This document shows, piece after piece, positions 59,436 to 64,000 of a stretch of 64,000 bases of DNA. Position 1 is the stretch's first letter; every line of letters starts with the position of its first letter. The position numbers were made by a program, and so were the translations under genes. The notes under the pieces are model-generated. The model saw only the letters and a program-made list of their open reading frames with translations. It ran no database searches and was not told the origin of the DNA. The DNA comes from Planctomycetota bacterium (GTDB lineage Bacteria > Planctomycetota > UBA8108 > SXIK01): contig CBDCXR010000004.1 in assembly GCA_965223845.1 (NCBI GenBank), positions 7,168,001 through 7,232,000 on the forward strand, read 5' to 3'.

Positions 59436-60599
59436 TCAGCGATAGAAGCGCTCGATCTCGGCCACGACGCGCTCGAGATCTTCGGCGCCGAGATAAGGAT
59501 GGATCGGCAGCGAGACGACCTCGCGGGACGCCTGCTCGGCGTGGGGGAAGTCGCCTTCGCGGTGACCGAGATCGGCGAAGACCGGTTGAAACGGCAGCGC
59601 GAGAGGATAGTACACTCCCGTCGAGACGCCGCGCTCCCTCAATGCGGAGACCAGCCCGTCGCGGTCCCGCACGCGGAGAGTGAACTGATGGTAGTTCGCC
59701 AGCTCCCCCGGTGGGACCGGCGGCGGAAGTCGAACTGCCTCGCGCGCGACGAGATCGGTCGCCTCGAAAAGGCGCCGGTAGCGAGCGGCGTTCTCCCGCC
59801 GGCGCTCGTTCCACGCGTCGATGCGGCGGAGGCGGACGTCGAGAATCGCGGCTTGGATCGCGTCGATCCGCGCGTTTCCGCCGAGGAGGACGTGGTGGTA
59901 CTGCGCGTCCATTCCGTGATTGCGGAGCTGTCTCGCGCGCTCGAACTGATGGGCGTTCGACGTCACCATCAATCCGGCCTCACCGCAGGCCGCGAGGTTC
60001 TTCGTCGCGTAGAACGAGTAGCAGCCCCAAACGCCGATGGCGCCCGCTTTTTTCGTCTCGCCGCGAAAGCGACACTCCGACCCGATCGCCTGCGCCGCGT
60101 CCTCGATCACCGCGATCGGGTCCTCGGGCTCCTCGGCGATGCGGACCCACTCTTCCATCGGCGCCGGATGGCCGTAGAGATGGACCGCGATCACCGCGCG
60201 CGTTCGATCGGTCACCGCGGCAGCGAATCCGGCGGTATCCATCTGATACGTATCGGGGTCGATGTCGACGAACACCGGGCGCGCGCCGACGCGCGCCACG
60301 GACGTCGCACTCGCGATGAAGCTGAACGCGGTGGTGATCACCTCGTCGCCAGGGCCGACACCGAGGCTGCTGAGAGCTACGAGGAGCGACTCGGTCCCGG
60401 AAGATACGCCGAGTGCCCGCGTTGTGCCGAGGTAGGCGCTCGCGTTCTCTTCGAAGCGCGTGACGACGTCGCTCAGCGCGTAGTGGCCCGACTCGAGGAC
60501 GTCCAGCACGGCGCGCTCCGTCTCCGCGCGCAACTCGGCGTACGTCGCCTTCGGGTCGATGATCGGAATCTGTCGCTGTTCGCCGCTGACTAAGCTCAC
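59436..60599 (-). CDS. DegT/DnrJ/EryC1/StrS sugar aminotransferase
   Basis: SSGT, PVFVDID, VHLYG, EDAAQA, SFYATKNL and SLPIHP motifs. Confidence 0.93.
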   Translation of the reverse strand: MSLVSGEQRQIPIIDPKATYAELRAETERAVLDVLESGHYALSDVVTRFEENASAYLGTTRALGVSSGTESLLVALSSLGVGPGDEVITTAFSFIASATSVARVGARPVFVDIDPDTYQMDTAGFAAAVTDRTRAVIAVHLYGHPAPMEEWVRIAEEPEDPIAVIEDAAQAIGSECRFRGETKKAGAIGVWGCYSFYATKNLAACGEAGLMVTSNAHQFERARQLRNHGMDAQYHHVLLGGNARIDAIQAAILDVRLRRIDAWNERRRENAARYRRLFEATDLVAREAVRLPPPVPPGELANYHQFTLRVRDRDGLVSALRERGVSTGVYYPLALPFQPVFADLGHREGDFPHAEQASREVVSLPIHPYLGAEDLERVVAEIERFYR

Positions 60600-60758
60600 A
60601 CCTCGGCCTCCACTCCTCCTCTTCGCTGCGGATTCAGATGAAACGCTCAGGCTAATCGTTGCGCGCGAGCGGTGTACAGGAAAAAGGGCCCCGCGCGAGT
60701 GCAGCCCAGACTCGTAGGCGAGTGTTCAGGCTGAAGACGCGGCTCCCGCCGGTGTGAC

Positions 60759-60813
60759 GAACCCGTACCCGTCCCCGTACTTGTCCCGGAACTTCGTTCC
60801 CGTTCCCGAATCC
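60759..60813. repeat. Degenerate tandem hexamer repeat (G(A/T)NCCC-like, about 9 units)
   Basis: gaaccc gtaccc gtcccc gtactt gtcccg gaactt c gttccc gttccc gaatcc. Confidence 0.55.
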
Positions 60814-60916
60814 TCGTCGCAGCGCTCGAGGCGAGTGAGCTTCGATGCGATCCTCCCGAGGCTCGGTTCGCCCCCGACGACGGCGCTCCACGGTGGAGTT
60901 CGCCGGCGGTGCGGGC

Positions 60917-62320
60917 TCAGTACGCGTTCGGGTGAGTCCAGCCCCGAAAGAACGTGAGGAGGAGGATCTTGATGTCGAACCAGAGCGACCAGTTGTGCAT
61001 GTAGAAGAGATCGTACTGGAGGCGCTTCTTGAGGGAACTATCCCCCCGCCACCCGTTGATCTGCGCCCAACCGGTCATGCCGGCTTTGATCCGGTGCCGC
61101 AGCATGTACCGCGGCAGTCGCGAACGGAATCGCTCGATGTAGACGGGGCGTTCGGGCCGCGGACCGACGAGGGACATCTCGCCGATGACGACGTTGACGA
61201 GCTGCGGGAGCTCGTCGAGGCTCGTCCGGCGGAGAAAGCGGCCGACTCGGGTGCAGCGGTCATCACCGGGCTGAGTGAAGTGTCCGCGCTCGGCTGCGTC
61301 GACTTTCATCGTGCGGAACTTCACCATCGTGAAGAGGCGGCCGTCGAGTCCCATCCGCCGCTGGCGGTAGAACACGGGACCGCGCGAGGTCGTCGCGACG
61401 GCGAGCGCGATCAGCGCGAAGAGCGGCGCGAGGATGACGAGAGCGATCGACGCGACGACGATGTCGAGAACGCGCTTCACCGCGGCGTTGTTCCCCGTCA
61501 GATGATTCTCCCAAACACTCGTGATGCGGAGGCCGCCGAAGTCGATCGTGACCGGGTGGCGGACGCGGAGAATCGGATCCTCGACGAGTCGCGTCGCGAC
61601 GAAGTGCTCCGCGCAGACTTCGAGCGCTCGCTCGGCGGTGCGACGATGCTCGGGGGCGAGGGCTATGTAAACGTGATCGAATCGCTCGCGATCGAGGAGT
61701 CCGGACAAGTCGCCGACGTGCGCGATCACCGGGACTCCGTGGAGGACCCGGCCGACCGACTCCGGTCGCGTGCCGACGAATCCGACGACGCGGATTCCCG
61801 TCCACGGATTCTTCCGAAACGAGTGGACGAGCTGCTGACCGGCGCGACCGATCCCGACGACGAGCACGTGGCGCAGGTTGTAGCCGCGAGAGCGGAGCAG
61901 ACGTAGCGCCGTGCGAACGAGCACGCGAAACGCGAAGGTGCCGATGGGATTGAGCACGGCCCAGAGAAGCACGACGCCGCGCGCGTAGGACGCCGAGCGG
62001 TCCATGAAGAAGACGGTCATGAGGAGAATCGTCGCGGCCAGGTTCGCCTTGGCGATCGCGAGTGCTTCGTCGGCGAACGAATGCACTCGCCGCGGGTGGT
62101 AGAGGCGGAAGTAGCCGTTTGCGAGAAGGACGATCACGTACACCGCGGGCAGGACGACGATGTACGCTTCGAGCGGGGGCACCTCGTGACGAGGGGGGAA
62201 GACGGTGCTCACCGGCGGGACGAAGCGGAGAGCGTAGCTCGCGAGGAACAGCCCGGCGGAGAGGGAGAGCTCCGTCAAAACGAACAGATTTCGCCAGAGG
62301 ATGCTCGTGCGGCGCAGCAT
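60917..62320 (-). CDS. Undecaprenyl-phosphate sugar phosphotransferase (WcaJ-like priming glycosyltransferase)
   Basis: N-terminal TMs and CoA-binding-like domain; [31 protein letters not shown] and [12 protein letters not shown] motifs. Confidence 0.93.
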   Translation of the reverse strand: MLRRTSILWRNLFVLTELSLSAGLFLASYALRFVPPVSTVFPPRHEVPPLEAYIVVLPAVYVIVLLANGYFRLYHPRRVHSFADEALAIAKANLAATILLMTVFFMDRSASYARGVVLLWAVLNPIGTFAFRVLVRTALRLLRSRGYNLRHVLVVGIGRAGQQLVHSFRKNPWTGIRVVGFVGTRPESVGRVLHGVPVIAHVGDLSGLLDRERFDHVYIALAPEHRRTAERALEVCAEHFVATRLVEDPILRVRHPVTIDFGGLRITSVWENHLTGNNAAVKRVLDIVVASIALVILAPLFALIALAVATTSRGPVFYRQRRMGLDGRLFTMVKFRTMKVDAAERGHFTQPGDDRCTRVGRFLRRTSLDELPQLVNVVIGEMSLVGPRPERPVYIERFRSRLPRYMLRHRIKAGMTGWAQINGWRGDSSLKKRLQYDLFYMHNWSLWFDIKILLLTFFRGWTHPNAY

Positions 62321-62478
62321 GTCATCGTCCGGAGTTCCGAGGTACCACTCGCCGAGGGAACGCGTCGCGTAGCTGCCAGCCCGATGCTCGCGGCGCCTCG
62401 GCACGGGCGGGAAGCGCGCCGTTAGTCTACCCGAACGTCGTCCGAGAGCACGGCGAGAAGGCCGCGTCGAAGCGAAAG

Positions 62479-63537
62479 TCAGGCGTGCGCGAGGAACCAG
62501 TCTGCGAAGCGCTGGATGCCTTCCTCGATCGGCACTCGCGGCGCGTAGTCGAGATCGCGTCCGGCGGCGTTGATCTCGGCGCAGGTCATCGGGACATCGC
62601 CCGGCTGAGGCGGCAGCCTCTCGATCTCGGCCCGCCGACCGAGGGCGTTCTCGATGAGATCGATCAGCTCGCTCAGCTCCACCGTCCGGTGGTTGCCGAG
62701 GTTGTAGATGTGGTAGCCGCTCGCCCGATCGATCGACCGCTCGATGCCGTCGACGATATCCGAAATGAACGTGTAGTCGCGCCGGGACGAACCATCGCCG
62801 TAGACTTTGATCGGCTCGCCCCGGTGGATCGACCGCGTGAACTTGTGGATCGCCATCTCCGGTCGCTGACGGGGACCGTAGACCGTGAAGAAGCGGAGGC
62901 AACTCACGGCGAGTCCGAAGAGGTGGTGGTGAGCGTGGCAGAGAACTTCGCCCGCCTTCTTCGTCGCCGCGTACGGCGAGACCGGAAAGTCGACGCAGTC
63001 CGTCTCCCGAAACGGTGCGGTTTCGCGGTCGCCGTAGACGGAGGAAGAGGAAGCGAAGACGAACTTCGGGATCCCGAGCGCGCGCGCGAGCTCGAGCATG
63101 CGCGTCGTACCGAGGAGGTTGACCTCGGAGTAGAGGGCGGGATCCTCTACCGAAGGCCGCACTCCGGCGCGCGCGGCGAGGTGGACGAGCACGTCGAACG
63201 ACCGGGCTGCGGAAGCCCCTCCCCGCTCGTCCGAAACGCGTGCTATACTTCGCGCCAATTCGGGGTCGCGGATGTCACCCTCGACGAAGTGAAAGCGTCC
63301 GGGCGAGCTCGGTTCGGCGAGATTCACCGCGTCGAGATCGTCCGCGCGGTGCCGTCCTGCGGACGGGGCTCCACCGGAGCTCGTCTTCAGCGCGGCGAGG
63401 TTTCTTTCTTTTGCAGCGCGGTCGTAGTAGGGATCGAAATTGTCGACGCCGACGACTTCCCAGCTCCGCGAGATCAGTCTCTCGGCCAAGTGGGAGCCGA
63501 TGAACCCCGCTGCGCCGGTGATCAGCGCGCGTGCCAT
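62479..63537 (-). CDS. NAD-dependent epimerase (UDP-glucuronate 4-epimerase-like)
   Basis: TGAAGFIGSH, HLAARAGVRPS, ASSSSVYG, YAATKKAGE and FFTVYGPRQRPEMA motifs. Confidence 0.92.
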   Translation of the reverse strand: MARALITGAAGFIGSHLAERLISRSWEVVGVDNFDPYYDRAAKERNLAALKTSSGGAPSAGRHRADDLDAVNLAEPSSPGRFHFVEGDIRDPELARSIARVSDERGGASAARSFDVLVHLAARAGVRPSVEDPALYSEVNLLGTTRMLELARALGIPKFVFASSSSVYGDRETAPFRETDCVDFPVSPYAATKKAGEVLCHAHHHLFGLAVSCLRFFTVYGPRQRPEMAIHKFTRSIHRGEPIKVYGDGSSRRDYTFISDIVDGIERSIDRASGYHIYNLGNHRTVELSELIDLIENALGRRAEIERLPPQPGDVPMTCAEINAAGRDLDYAPRVPIEEGIQRFADWFLAHA

Positions 63538-63545
63538 GGACGCGG

Positions 63546-63573
63546 ATTATAGCGAGCCGCGGTCCTCCCGCAA
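63546..63573 (-). promoter_or_regulatory. Sigma70 promoter of the polysaccharide operon, probably leaderless
   Basis: The minus strand reads TTGCGG-N16-TATAAT, then 8 nt to ATG 63537; no SD. Confidence 0.55.
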
Positions 63574-63621
63574 GCGGGTCGAATGCGCGCTGCTGCGTTC
63601 GAGTGCGTCGCGAGTGGCCCC

Positions 63622-64000
63622 GTGAAGCGCGCGCTCGTCTTGTGGAGTGGCGGACTCGACTCGACGACCGTGCTCGCTATCGCGGAGGCGGAAGGCTTCG
63701 CCGTCGTCCCGCTCGTCTTCCGTTACGGTCAACGCCACGCGGTCGAAGTGGAGAGAGCGGAGGCGATCGCCCGCCGCCGCGAGCTCGACTATCGCGTCGT
63801 CGATCTCGATCTCCGCGCCGTCGGCGGATCGGCGCTCACGTCCGATGCCATCGAGGTTCCGGCGAATCGAGGGCCGGGCGAAATCGCATCCGGCGGCATT
63901 CCTCCGACGTACGTTCCGGCGCGGAATACCGTGTTCCTCGCCTACGCACTCGCGTGGGCGGAGGTGCTCGATCTCGCCGATATCTTCCTCGGCGTCAACG
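63622..64000 (+). CDS. queC: 7-cyano-7-deazaguanine synthase, 5' part (runs off the window)
   Basis: Not in the ORF track. Reads [16 protein letters not shown]...YGQRH..E...GGSALT...[14 protein letters not shown]. Confidence 0.93.
   Translation, partial: MKRALVLWSGGLDSTTVLAIAEAEGFAVVPLVFRYGQRHAVEVERAEAIARRRELDYRVVDLDLRAVGGSALTSDAIEVPANRGPGEIASGGIPPTYVPARNTVFLAYALAWAEVLDLADIFLGVN

Noticed and set aside
1-64000. Frequent GCGATCGC / CTCGAG / TCGA palindromes (HIP1-like)
   Set aside because: Plausibly explained by codon pairs such as GCG-ATC-GCN and CTC-GAG. A codon-aware enrichment test is needed and I cannot run it.
1-64000. CRISPR array, prophage, IS element or defence island (prompted by SNF2, the deaminase and queC)
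   Set aside because: No repeat-spacer array, transposase, integrase, DNA methylase or nuclease was seen. queC looks like the housekeeping form and lies more than 50 kb from the SNF2 gene.

Overview
A GC-rich, gene-dense bacterial chromosomal window with about 49 CDS and no rRNA, tRNA, CRISPR array, transposase or integrase. The gene set (PVC-type heme-binding CxxCH protein, DUF1080, PmoA/DUF6807-like, FG-GAP/VCBS protein, Tat-exported enolase-superfamily enzyme) suggests Planctomycetota or another PVC lineage; this is an inference. Content: a split lva/ACAD10-like module (acyl-CoA dehydrogenase, histidine phosphatase, APH kinase, DUF6285), sugar-acid and polyol enzymes, an epmB-efp-epmA locus, putA, a Ser/Thr kinase, a polysaccharide operon and the start of queC. 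The stand-out feature is a ~820-nt apparently non-coding, hairpin-dense region (about 6028-6830). It follows a near-consensus sigma70 promoter and leads directly into a SNF2 ATPase whose N-terminus is a histone-H1-like Lys-rich tail plus a long Arg/Gly-rich disordered region instead of the usual SWIM finger. This is a candidate large ncRNA, possibly working with the SNF2 protein. All family calls come from motif recognition by eye, with no database searches, and several start codons were re-chosen relative to the ORF track.
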